Part shown: positions 56,501 through 64,000 of the stretch, one piece after another
Layout of the letters: each line of letters begins with the position of its first letter
How positions within the stretch are numbered: position 1 is the first letter of the stretch
DNA from: a virus
Reading direction: 5' to 3' (one strand)
Length of the DNA stretch: 64,000 bases
Virus record (IMG/VR): IMGVR_UViG_3300004369_000001
Span: 32,001 to 96,000 of that record
Translations under genes and position numbers: made by a program
Notes under the pieces: model-generated
What the model saw: only the letters and a program-made list of their open reading frames with translations
The model's database searches: none
What the model was told of the DNA's origin: nothing

Positions 56501-57106
56501 ATTCTCCTTGATTCCCTTGGCACTATGGTCACCAAACATGTTGGTGAGTCCGTTCATAACAGCGAACACACCAAACTTGGTAATCTTGTAGGCAAACTTA
56601 CCAATGGCAACAAATAGTCGGATTACCTTTACTATCTTATCTGCGTTTTTCTCTATGTAATCTAGGGCACCAAATGCTAGGAAGGCACCAAAGATTGCAC
56701 TGAAGAATCCTGCAATCTTTTCTAGGAATGTCTTGACAGGTTTTAACTCCTTCTTTTTATCCTCAACCTTCCCAGCATCTTTCTTGCCGCGATCAACTGC
56801 TAACTTAGCAGATGCATCCCTTCTGAGTTTCTGAGTATTCTTATTTTCTTCCTTCGCAAGTTTAGACTTGAGTAACTTTTTATTCTTTACCCTATTCTTG
56901 TCAGTCTCGATTGCTTGATTATGAGTTGTATTCAGGAATTCATTTTGAAACTTGAGCAACTCATACATGCTCTCAATACTTTTACCAATACCTGTGGCCG
57001 TGCCTCCAATGCGATTCACAGACAACCGAAGGGCATTAAAATTTTGCCCTGTTTTGGTGACAGCCTTAAACGGTTTAACTTTTAGGTATGACCTGATTAT
57101 TGCCAT
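53516..57106 (-). CDS. Tape-measure/gp29-like tail protein with lysozyme-like and M23 peptidase-like domains
   Basis: LAKYESG..YNAVNQGG..AVGRYQF; GTPIVAGVSGKV..VGQMV..IGLQG..VHVHLD. Confidence 0.7.
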   Translation of the reverse strand: MAIIRSYLKVKPFKAVTKTGQNFNALRLSVNRIGGTATGIGKSIESMYELLKFQNEFLNTTHNQAIETDKNRVKNKKLLKSKLAKEENKNTQKLRRDASAKLAVDRGKKDAGKVEDKKKELKPVKTFLEKIAGFFSAIFGAFLAFGALDYIEKNADKIVKVIRLFVAIGKFAYKITKFGVFAVMNGLTNMFGDHSAKGIKENGVKRGLRFVFGFLQLTGGLLVLRYLTGPWRILTDIKFIIGAFSAVKETENQVTDQQERTRGGYFDKETGKFYSKQEYEAMRRAQKPGVMGRGLNKVKGFGSKVSAKLGGGAGLLSAGMSVVGGVGRIMEGDREGEEKGTAVGAGVGKAVGGIAGAALGTAFLTPFLGPFAPMVGGFIGDFLGEFIGGQIGPLIEPIFGPIKRWFGMGMEIFKAVFDPLLKEVGPFFSAFFGAIGKVVGFVMEFVGPIMKFVGFVIGEGVKTIFKIMSFQFNLIKNIVKFAMNPIGFAWDVIRGKNPGDGVDLKQAANQKAAQQKPNVEQFAGGGKVVVPDIVTPKMMMGGPLGNPMMMGMANPLATFDLVGNGLTSAILAGVNAFGFVAPDVSKVIAQDIARIQSVFGSAAPAAAGGTALGTLARSGDLGGTKDIKSKEDSKYESTRNILGGSGNSLVGLLKKAVEAAANQKSGGGRRSAGNNQSGPSGPSTAGPTDFSAEITDDERAALGVLAKYESGAAGYNAVNQGGSNNGRGVLGFSGNIMDAPWNPSKTPLTDMTVGEIKQRQAEQTPKQTWAQWQSSGKLHAVGRYQFVGNTLPGVAARAGVTDDMKFNNTVQDKMAIQLIKERGISPWVGPSDKATAAERELVRKIQFAAAGGRIRRSGRFGMGEPSDIKVYEKIQQDIDAKRTTDKPRKFFAAGGLLATNGSVADVRLTPQTPFNSYPLHHNKPDTHSYNNHRLGGPPIVPRDYVAVRDFGNQGLDRGTPIVAGVSGKVTHAGGSHNTVIISSNGKERMQFHHFDAIKTSVGQMVDAMTVIGLQGNKPSGSVHVHLDASPSDHRAFAAAQLGATYDPDTMKEGSSTPAGDNSGGGGGGVDEEPEKPDTIESRIATLNEALAKFSEAMKSGKAPPLDKGKGEGPKTSPAKANPEVTAGSASDVKSKQAEALQKSEAERKERERARAKSTRPTLVPVPINNGSGQQPQSSGGKQTKQIMTPTTPGLHR

Positions 57107-57309
57107 TAGAGTGAGATTCGGTTGCTATTCTTTTCGCTATTACGACGACGCTCTTCTTCTTGTAGGAAAGCAAGGAGAAGATTCACATACACATCTCTTT
57201 CCCAAGGTATCATATCCTCCAATTCTGTTAGAGAATACTTATGGTGCTGCATCAGGGCAAAATTAGTCTTGTAGTAATTCTCAAGATTATCATGCAGCAG
57301 TGCTATGCG
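57106..57309 (-). CDS. gp51: gp51-like assembly factor (-1 frame of gp26; first ATG only at 57252)
   Basis: Read manually: RIALLHDNLENYYKTNFALMQHHKYSLTELEDMIPWERDVYVNLL.. Confidence 0.8.
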   Translation of the reverse strand, partial: RIALLHDNLENYYKTNFALMQHHKYSLTELEDMIPWERDVYVNLLLAFLQEEERRRNSEKNSNRISL

Positions 57310-58013
57310 AAAAAAGACGCCAATCCCTCAAACACAATCTCATTATCTTTTTTGGTCTTGGGATTTCTCACAGTCATTTCATATCTCAGTTTAGGCATAG
57401 TCTCAAAGAAGTTTTGGACCTTAGCAAACTGATCAGAATTCAGAGACTCCAAGAAATCAATTGCTTCCTTTTTGGTGAAGCTGTCATAAGTCTCATCTTC
57501 ATCAAATGCTTGGGCAATACAACCTGCCGCAAGCTCAAAGATGTCATCAATACGAACATCGCCTTCTGTCATATTCTGATTGACGAATACATCCAGCGAA
57601 GGATACTTCATGATCACGCCAACTTTCTTGTCAAACATGATCTTAGTGTCATGGCCCTCAGGAACATCAATCTCAACGTCTTGCAGGGGAATCTGCACTT
57701 CAACCTGAGTTACTTCATCATCTGGGCAAGTGACCTTAAATTCACTCACTTCACCAACTGCTTTACCACGAATTCTGAGGAAGATGTATTCCACTTCAAA
57801 AGTGGCAAGTCCCTCAACCTCATTCTCTTTAAGGTTTGTGCAGTTTTTAATGATAGTTTTGACCGCCTTGATCATCTCCTTCTCATTCTTGGATTCCATA
57901 GCAAGATAGAGGAGTTTCTCTTCCTTCACGAGGAAGGGGCGATATGTAAGTTTTCTCCCTGTAAGGGGCATCACCAAGTCATACTCGGGCAATGCAAGTT
58001 TAGGCAAAGGCAT
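57303..58013 (-). CDS. gp26: Baseplate hub assembly chaperone gp26
   Basis: MPLPKL..YRPFLVKEEKLL..FLRIRGKAVGE..FFETMPKL..EGLASFF. Confidence 0.92.
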   Translation of the reverse strand: MPLPKLALPEYDLVMPLTGRKLTYRPFLVKEEKLLYLAMESKNEKEMIKAVKTIIKNCTNLKENEVEGLATFEVEYIFLRIRGKAVGEVSEFKVTCPDDEVTQVEVQIPLQDVEIDVPEGHDTKIMFDKKVGVIMKYPSLDVFVNQNMTEGDVRIDDIFELAAGCIAQAFDEDETYDSFTKKEAIDFLESLNSDQFAKVQNFFETMPKLRYEMTVRNPKTKKDNEIVFEGLASFFA

Positions 58014-58040
58014 AATAAGTCACCATTATCTTAATTCTAT

Positions 58041-58835
58041 TTAGATACCAACAGCGGTAACGTCTGTCAGTTGTGGGTCGATCTGGAGTGCTCCCAATAC
58101 ATTGGCACTCTCCATGGAAAGCTCTCGGTCCTTCTCATTACCACTAAACATCTTCCTACCGTTGACAGTATCAAAACGATATCTCTCATAATAGAAAGAA
58201 ATATCCAGTTTCAATAAGTCAGTGGGACCATTATTAAGGGATAGAGAAGACATATCGAAAGGAAATGCGCCATATAGCGTCCAAGCACCTGTGACGCCAT
58301 TTAAGCGACTTCTATAAGTTTTACCATTCTTTCTACTTACACCAACATAGTTGGATGCCACTTCCCACTTGATGATTTTGATAGTTGTGACATACTCTCG
58401 GTAGAAGTTGACTCTATTTTCGGCGTCAGATGCAGCGAAATTCATCCAACGCTCAAAAAACTTCCTGTGCCAATAATCTTGAGTCACAAGGAAAGAGATT
58501 TGCATTTCCGAGAAACTCGTATCTGTGGCAAATCTACGCATCGCACCAACATCTCTAACAGATCCAACTGTCAGTCTTCTTCCAGGGACAGTAACAGAAT
58601 CTGCAAAATAGTTGATATAGTCGTAATAGTCTTTCTGAGATACCTCTAATGACCTACTTGCCGTTTCCTTATTGATACCATCCAATGCTTGACCGAATCT
58701 TCCGCCAGCAGAATACATTGCAGGAGGAGGATCGATGACGATCTCAAATAGGTTAGATCTAGAGGGAGTCTTATCACCTGAACCTATTAGATCGGCAAAT
58801 TTACCGAAATCATTTGGATTGAGAATAGCAGACAT
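58041..58835 (-). CDS. Tail tube initiator (gp54/gp19-like)
   Basis: SRSNLFEI, SVTVPGR, FFERWM, AFPFDMSSLSL tube-fold motifs. Confidence 0.7.
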   Translation of the reverse strand: MSAILNPNDFGKFADLIGSGDKTPSRSNLFEIVIDPPPAMYSAGGRFGQALDGINKETASRSLEVSQKDYYDYINYFADSVTVPGRRLTVGSVRDVGAMRRFATDTSFSEMQISFLVTQDYWHRKFFERWMNFAASDAENRVNFYREYVTTIKIIKWEVASNYVGVSRKNGKTYRSRLNGVTGAWTLYGAFPFDMSSLSLNNGPTDLLKLDISFYYERYRFDTVNGRKMFSGNEKDRELSMESANVLGALQIDPQLTDVTAVGI

Positions 58836-59317
58836 TACGTCAATCGGCTCCAGATTACACTGCTTGGGACTGGCATGGTCAGTCCAATGGTCGGTTTCCT
58901 TAAGACAAATTGCTCAAGGGGTAGTGGCACATAATCTTCAAAGTCACTCGTCTTAAACTCGTATATTCCACTAGCATTAGACATAAAGTATTTATGATGG
59001 CAACGCTTAGGGTAGTAGCGTGTAGCAGTCTGATACCACAAATCACCTACATCCTTTCTTCTGGATGGTCTCAGGTAGTGAATATTGCCACCTTCAAACG
59101 TGCCGTTACTCTCACTTGCCTTAACAATAATCATCAGTGGATTGGTGTCATAGAAGGGCAAATCTGGGGTTGCCGCTCCATAATTAAACATCAGAATCTT
59201 TCCAGGAGTAAACTGACCATCGAAAGGGGTGGCACCAAATCTTACCTGATTGCGATACCAGTCTTTTGACTTTCTCTTTCCTCCAGCGAGGTCTTTTACG
59301 TCCTTAAATAGGGTCAT
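58835..59317 (-). CDS. gp2: DNA end protector gp2-like
   Basis: SKDWYR..PGKILMFNY..LPFYDTNPL..GNIHYL. Confidence 0.7.
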   Translation of the reverse strand: MTLFKDVKDLAGGKRKSKDWYRNQVRFGATPFDGQFTPGKILMFNYGAATPDLPFYDTNPLMIIVKASESNGTFEGGNIHYLRPSRRKDVGDLWYQTATRYYPKRCHHKYFMSNASGIYEFKTSDFEDYVPLPLEQFVLRKPTIGLTMPVPSSVIWSRLT

Positions 59318-59748
59318 ACCTTTAACTCTTTTTCTGTGAGGATCACAAAACTCATTTTACGATCTGCACAATATTCTCTTGCTGCCTTCCATTTCGCATC
59401 ATTGACAGCATAGGTCTTGACTTCTGTTAGATATTTCTTTGTTACTCTTTTTTGCTTTTTGGGGGGATGAGTCTGCGACTTTGGTTTAACTTCGATAATG
59501 AGCTTCGTAGACCTTCCGTCCCTGGTCCTTGCTCTAACATAGAAGTCTGGAAAATAACGATGAACCCTACCGTCAACAGGACTAATGTAGGGGATGATAA
59601 TCTCTTCACTGCCCCACTCCAAGACATTTTCATTTTTGTCGCACCAAACCATGAATTTTCTCTCCCACAAACTTCTATAAATAATATTTGTAGGATCACC
59701 CTTATATTTTGTTGGATTTGAAGGTCTGTATCGTCCTGAGTAACTCAT
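59314..59748 (-). CDS. gp4: Head completion nuclease gp4
   Basis: MSYSGRYRPSNPTKYKGDPTNIIYRSLWE..HRYFPDF..IEVKP..NDAKW; start corrected to 59748. Confidence 0.93.
   Translation of the reverse strand: MSYSGRYRPSNPTKYKGDPTNIIYRSLWERKFMVWCDKNENVLEWGSEEIIIPYISPVDGRVHRYFPDFYVRARTRDGRSTKLIIEVKPKSQTHPPKKQKRVTKKYLTEVKTYAVNDAKWKAAREYCADRKMSFVILTEKELKV
59676..59683 (+). promoter_or_regulatory. Late promoter TATAAATA for gp48-gp53
   Basis: Exact consensus inside gp4, 68 nt upstream of gp48. Confidence 0.7.
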
Positions 59749-59751
59749 TAG

Positions 59752-60786
59752 ATGTCTCTCCTTATCTTTCCTAGAGCTAAACCATATGGTGCTACGCAAT
59801 CTGAGTTGAGAGGCAAGATCTCTAGACAAGAGGCGTATCCCACTACTGTTATCGATTATTTGAAGATTGACATCTACGATAGTCAAGCAAATAACCCGTA
59901 TAACAATATTGGGGCTAAGGACGATGGTACTATTGCGAGGACAATTTATTTATACTTGCCAAACAAGCTTGCTGAGCAGTATAGCACAAATTACACCAAC
60001 CAGAAACTAGGTGCTGTAGGTGCTAAGGCAATTGGTATGGTGAATGGTGAAGGTGACTTCACTGAGCAGATTAAAGGTGCTGCACAATCAGGTAAGGCAC
60101 AACTCGGATTCAAAATGGGATCTGATGCTATTAACACAGTTGTTAGTCTTACAGGCGGATCTTCAAATCTAAGCGCAAACAGTCTGTCTGCTTTGACTCA
60201 GAAAAGAGTTTTCAATCCCTATGAAGAGACTACATTTGAAGGGATGAATTTCAGGACACATAACTTCAACATGAAACTTGTGCCCAAAGATGGTGCTGAC
60301 GTTGCAGTGATTCAAGAGATCATTCAGACACTCAGACTGGCAATGCTCCCTGGTAAGGGTGGCGATACTGGCACTTGGTTGACTATTCCTGACTTCTTTA
60401 GACTGTCCATCGTTAGATATAGCGATGATGGTGGAAAGGAGAAGATCAGCAAACCCAAAGGTAACGCAGCAGGGTTGTCTAACCTGTTTAAGTTTCCCAA
60501 GAAAATGGTCCTTAAGGACATGTCGATTGATTATTCACCTGATGGAAACTATGCAAGCTTGATGAGTCATTTTGGCGATAAAACAGCAGATTACGGTCCT
60601 GTGTCTTATCAGATCGGTCTAACATTTGCCGAAACAGGTCTGCTCACCAAGAATGACTACGATCCAAACTTTGAATATAACAGTGATGGTGAGTGGAATT
60701 TTGATCAACTCAAAATTGGTGATGATGATAAAGAAGGTGAAGATAATGCGGAAACAACAGAAACTGGAACGGGGGCATCTGAGTAA
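59752..60786 (+). CDS. gp48: Baseplate tail-tube cap gp48
   Basis: IYLYLP..FNPYEETTFEGMNFRTHNFNMKLVPK..IDYSPDG..LTFAE. Confidence 0.85.
   Translation: MSLLIFPRAKPYGATQSELRGKISRQEAYPTTVIDYLKIDIYDSQANNPYNNIGAKDDGTIARTIYLYLPNKLAEQYSTNYTNQKLGAVGAKAIGMVNGEGDFTEQIKGAAQSGKAQLGFKMGSDAINTVVSLTGGSSNLSANSLSALTQKRVFNPYEETTFEGMNFRTHNFNMKLVPKDGADVAVIQEIIQTLRLAMLPGKGGDTGTWLTIPDFFRLSIVRYSDDGGKEKISKPKGNAAGLSNLFKFPKKMVLKDMSIDYSPDGNYASLMSHFGDKTADYGPVSYQIGLTFAETGLLTKNDYDPNFEYNSDGEWNFDQLKIGDDDKEGEDNAETTETGTGASE
59947..59954 (-). promoter_or_regulatory. Late promoter TATAAATA, probably for gp4-gp2-gp54
   Basis: Exact consensus on the minus strand inside gp48. Confidence 0.55.
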
Positions 60787-61703
60787 TGAGCAAATATTTT
60801 ACATATCTCCCAGAGGTTAATATTCGCAAAACTGGGTTTAGGAATGATAGCACTAGCCCATACTACAGAGCAAAAAATCTTTTCAGAAGGATCAAAATCA
60901 GAGATAACCTCACTGACATTATCCTCGGTTTCGAGAAGTATTACATCAAAAACGGCGAAAGACCAGATCAACTGAGTCAGAAGTTTTATGGCACAACTCA
61001 GTATGACTGGGTTATTCTGTTGTGCAATAATATCATCAATATCTACCAAGATTGGCCAGTTACAGAAACTGAGTTATACGAGATTGTCAAGAGAAAGTAT
61101 GGTTTTACCTCTGATGACCAATTGGGTGGTGTGCATCATTATGTGACTCAAGAAGTCAGACATAGCAATGGTATGGTTTTAGTGCCTGCAGATTTGGAGG
61201 TGTCCGATACCTTCACATATACCAGATCTGACGGCACAGTCGTTCCTAGAAACCAGTTAATAAGACCCATTTCATACTACGAGCATGAAATGTTTGAGAA
61301 TGAGAGAAAACGTATGGTTTACATTCTCAAGCGTGATTACCTAAATGACTTCAAAGAGGAATTCTTCCAACTCACGCAATATCTGCCGAGTGATGAAGTT
61401 GACGAAGAAACTGGTGTGAAGACGACATTCCAAGTTGTCGAAGAAAACTTCACAGCGCAGAAAGAGGTATATACCTCGGATATTGGAAAAACGCCAAGTA
61501 TCGACTTCCTCGCAGATCAGCAATTTACCAATAGAGTCTATAATAGTAGCACTGGAGAGGCAGTTACTGGATTTACTGACGCTTCCTCTACACTGGATCC
61601 CTTCTCAGCCTCTGGATCGTTTACTCTCACATCTACTGATGCTGCCACCAATCAGTCTGCAAGTAGTGTGGGCAATACTCAAACGAATACTAACGGATAC
61701 TGA
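60786..61703 (+). CDS. gp53: Baseplate wedge subunit gp53
   Basis: MSKYFTYLP..KNLFRR..GERPDQLSQKFYG..DWVILLCNNI..WP..HHY..ENERKR. Confidence 0.92.
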   Translation: MSKYFTYLPEVNIRKTGFRNDSTSPYYRAKNLFRRIKIRDNLTDIILGFEKYYIKNGERPDQLSQKFYGTTQYDWVILLCNNIINIYQDWPVTETELYEIVKRKYGFTSDDQLGGVHHYVTQEVRHSNGMVLVPADLEVSDTFTYTRSDGTVVPRNQLIRPISYYEHEMFENERKRMVYILKRDYLNDFKEEFFQLTQYLPSDEVDEETGVKTTFQVVEENFTAQKEVYTSDIGKTPSIDFLADQQFTNRVYNSSTGEAVTGFTDASSTLDPFSASGSFTLTSTDAATNQSASSVGNTQTNTNGY

Positions 61704-61725
61704 TTTTCTAAAAAACCCTGGGGGC

Positions 61726-61760
61726 AAAAAAATACCCCGCGTTTTTTAGCGGGGTATTTG
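61726..61760. terminator. Bidirectional intrinsic terminator
   Basis: AAATACCCCGC-N8-GCGGGGTATTT with A/T tracts, between convergent genes. Confidence 0.8.
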
Positions 61761-61782
61761 TAATCGAAAAGTCATTTTTGTT

Positions 61783-62133
61783 TTACCACCCACAAGGAAT
61801 TCTAACCTTGTCTCGGTATACCCTGACGTAACCTGGGGTATGACTGTTGCCTGGGATGTATTCTTCACGATACTCCTGCCTGTAGCAGACCCTTTCAGGT
61901 CTTGGGCGTGAGTAATGATGATGGTGGTGATGATGGTCCTCAGTGAAAGGTTCCCAAAACTCTTTCCAGGTTACTGCTTGAGCAGGAGATGCAAACCCAA
62001 CTAGCACCACCGAAGCAGCAAGTAGTTTTGCCTTGAGAGCAGCACGACGCTTCTTCGCTTGGCGCAGCGCCTGAGGTTTCAGGGTGCGCTTTGCTTCTTT
62101 CTTAGAATGGTGTTGCCAGTTGGGTGTTGTCAT
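61783..62133 (-). CDS. Hypothetical protein (basic N-terminus, hydrophobic segment, His run)
   Basis: ORF track; TGATG-coupled to gp32. Confidence 0.65.
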   Translation of the reverse strand: MTTPNWQHHSKKEAKRTLKPQALRQAKKRRAALKAKLLAASVVLVGFASPAQAVTWKEFWEPFTEDHHHHHHHYSRPRPERVCYRQEYREEYIPGNSHTPGYVRVYRDKVRIPCGW

Positions 62134-63029
62134 CAGTCGTCCTCAGCGAGTCGCTCGAAGTATGAGAGGTCCACATCATCGGACTCCTCTTTGAAAGATT
62201 CTACACGAGTGCCAAACCCTTTAGTAGGGGGCGGTGTGACAGTTTCTTCTTCGTCCTCGAAAGACTCATCAAGGACGTTGCCAACACGAGGGGACTGCTT
62301 CAGCACTTCACTCAGACGCTTTTCCAATTGCTCATAGGTCTTGAATTGATCTTGAGAATTGAATGCCTTCAGAGAGTAGGAGCGACGCCAGATCTCTTCC
62401 AGTTGATCGTCATCGAAGTTGCCGAGAGTAGACGGGTTGGCGAAACTAGACTTATCATAATTCCAGTATCCAGCAACCTTACAGATCTTCAGTCGGAAGT
62501 CTGCACCCTGCCAAAGATCGAAGGGGTTGATGGGGGTCTCATCTTCAAACTCAGGTTGTGCTGCAGTGCGAATCTTATCATAGATACGCTTACCATATTT
62601 ATACAGGAAGACTTTTCCTTCATTCTCAGGATTCATCTCGTCCTTAACAACATAAATGTTGCTGTAGTAGGACAGTTTACGCTTCTGTTTCCGAGCGGTC
62701 TCCTTGTCTACATCGCTGCCACTATTCCACAACTCTCGGTTGAGGTCGGACACGGGGTCCTTCTGATTCAAAGTGGTCAGAGAGTTTTCAATATACCATC
62801 CACCAGGACCTTGGAAAGCGTGACTCCACACCTGCACCCAGGGGAAGTCCTCACCATCAGGCTCGGGGAGGAAGCGAATGACTGCGTAACCGTTACCACT
62901 CTTATCCAAGGTGGGTTTCCAGAAACGCTCGTCTACGTTAGCACCAGCGGGTTTAGAAAGTTTCTCAATCTCTTTGGTCAGTTTGGCGAAGGAAGATCCA
63001 GAAGACTTCTTCAGTGCTGCAAAAGACAT
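62133..63029 (-). CDS. gp32: Single-stranded DNA-binding protein gp32
   Basis: MSFAALKK..DERFWKP..GNGYAVIRFLP..WYIENSLTT..acidic tail LSYFERLAEDD; start corrected to 63029. Confidence 0.96.
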   Translation of the reverse strand: MSFAALKKSSGSSFAKLTKEIEKLSKPAGANVDERFWKPTLDKSGNGYAVIRFLPEPDGEDFPWVQVWSHAFQGPGGWYIENSLTTLNQKDPVSDLNRELWNSGSDVDKETARKQKRKLSYYSNIYVVKDEMNPENEGKVFLYKYGKRIYDKIRTAAQPEFEDETPINPFDLWQGADFRLKICKVAGYWNYDKSSFANPSTLGNFDDDQLEEIWRRSYSLKAFNSQDQFKTYEQLEKRLSEVLKQSPRVGNVLDESFEDEEETVTPPPTKGFGTRVESFKEESDDVDLSYFERLAEDD

Positions 63030-63077
63030 GTTTGTATTCTCCGTATTTAATGTGTGTGGTCTGTGTGCCACCATGTA

Positions 63078-63106
63078 ATGATGGCATAGTATTTAGGCGT
63101 TGTCAA
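63078..63106 (-). promoter_or_regulatory. Composite gp32 promoter
   Basis: TTGACA-N17-CATCAT, with a CTAAATA late-type core in the spacer. Confidence 0.5.
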
Positions 63107-63453
63107 GTGGTTGATTTCAATTCCCGACGCCACTCCTGAAGTTTGTCCTCCATCATCTGAAGGATCTGCATGAGATTCATTCCGCCAGAATAGATCTCAG
63201 ACATCTTGTCCACTCGATCCTTGACGAAGGACACTTCTTCTTGTGTCCCTGGCTCGTGGGAAGCAAGGGCAAGACGAGCATAGAAGACTTTCTGCTTGGC
63301 AATCAACTCAAGAGTCTTCTCAATATGATCCAATTTTTGTTGGGGGTTGAAGTCTTTAAGACCTGCAGACATCTTGAGCAGATCTGTGTAGGTAGTCTGG
63401 ATGTCTTCCATCTCTTTTGCTACCTGCTCTGTCTGGAAAAAACTGTCACTCAC
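63103..63453 (-). CDS. DUF1825-like cyanobacterial/cyanophage protein
   Basis: SFFQTEQV..LIAKQKVFYARLAL. Confidence 0.7.
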   Translation of the reverse strand: MSDSFFQTEQVAKEMEDIQTTYTDLLKMSAGLKDFNPQQKLDHIEKTLELIAKQKVFYARLALASHEPGTQEEVSFVKDRVDKMSEIYSGGMNLMQILQMMEDKLQEWRRELKSTT

Positions 63454-63695
63454 AATGGTAACACTCCTCTACTTGTTCGTTTTACATAATTGAGTTTTTG
63501 TGCATCCCATTTGAGTTTGTCCTTCAGAGGACGAGAGATTAGTTTGTTAACGATCTCAATTTCAATCTCATATTCCTCACAAATTGTGGTGACTGCCTCA
63601 ATGTAATTCAACAGACCACCACTATCTTTCACCAACTCTTCAACTAATGATGTAAATTTGCCTTGTGTCATAAATTCCTTTTCAAGTTCATCCAT
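63450..63695 (-). CDS. gp33: Late transcription co-activator gp33
   Basis: KFTSLVEELV..NYIEAV..KLISRPLKDKLKWDAQKLNY..LPL. Confidence 0.9.
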   Translation of the reverse strand: MDELEKEFMTQGKFTSLVEELVKDSGGLLNYIEAVTTICEEYEIEIEIVNKLISRPLKDKLKWDAQKLNYVKRTSRGVLPL

Positions 63696-64000
63696 TGGGC
63701 AGGACCTCCAGTCTCATTCTAGAGACTCCACCAGATTCTATCAGACCTGACGGAAAAGCGTTAGCAGCAATGGTCATTCTAGGCATACTTGTTGTGTTTG
63801 GTTGTGCATAATGCCTAATTGTGGGTGGAAATACTATAAACTTTCCAGGCTCAGTAGGCTCCTCATGTGTGAGGTGATATTTGAAGTCAGTATAGTCACC
63901 GAAGGGACTAATATTCGTTGCCGAGTAGTAAGGATTGGGATACAACCACACCGTCTTGTCTTGTGGCTCTCCTGTTGCATAGTAATTGCTAGACAGGAAG
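63688..64000 (-). CDS. 2OG-Fe(II) oxygenase (TIGR02466-like), start lies beyond the right edge
   Basis: Frame open to the window edge (FLSSNYY..); PGKFIVFPPTIRHYA..RMTIAAN. Confidence 0.75.
   Translation of the reverse strand, partial: FLSSNYYATGEPQDKTVWLYPNPYYSATNISPFGDYTDFKYHLTHEEPTEPGKFIVFPPTIRHYAQPNTTSMPRMTIAANAFPSGLIESGGVSRMRLEVLPNG

Noticed and set aside
61915-61938. His run as a cloning-tag artefact
   Set aside because: Internal, mixed CAT/CAC codons, and no vector sequence.
63030-63077. T4-like gene 32 autoregulatory pseudoknot
   Set aside because: Only a 4-bp GUGG/CCAC hairpin is visible; no second stem found.
1-64000. Stop-codon reassignment, introns, inteins or homing endonucleases
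   Set aside because: Core genes are full-length under the standard code using all three stops; no HNH, GIY-YIG, LAGLIDADG or intein motifs were noticed.

Overview
A 64 kb slice of a T4-like marine cyanophage (Kyanoviridae-type myovirus) genome, encoded almost entirely on the minus strand. From left to right: (1) late baseplate genes: a giant gp7 running off the left edge (absent from the ORF track), gp6, gp25, a PAAR/gp5.4-like gene and a 1206-aa virion protein; (2) a gene-poor junction at about 12.5-13.8 kb with five perfect cyanobacterial-type DnaA boxes; (3) an early region (about 14-24 kb) of small ORFs driven by eight copies of a palindrome-containing promoter, including a PD-(D/E)xK nuclease plus DNA methyltransferase pair and an SF2 helicase; (4) an accessory island (24-36 kb) where three paralogous Gly/His-rich fibre-like genes are followed by two flavin-dependent halogenases, a dUTPase-fold protein and five 2OG-Fe(II)/JmjC oxygenases; (5) more virion and fibre genes, a muramidase and three tRNAs; (6) gp5, cpeT, cp12, a gp27-like hub, two paralogous tape-measure-like proteins carrying hydrolase domains, gp51/gp26, gp54, gp2, gp4, gp48, gp53, gp32 and gp33. 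Best leads: a lambda G/G-T-style -1 frameshift joining gp26 to gp51 just upstream of the tape-measure-like genes; a putative fibre-tailoring (halogenation/hydroxylation) operon; a putative host-DnaA-binding origin; a phage-encoded early restriction-modification-like pair; and a pseudoknot leader at a late promoter. All family assignments come from motif recognition by eye, not from database searches.
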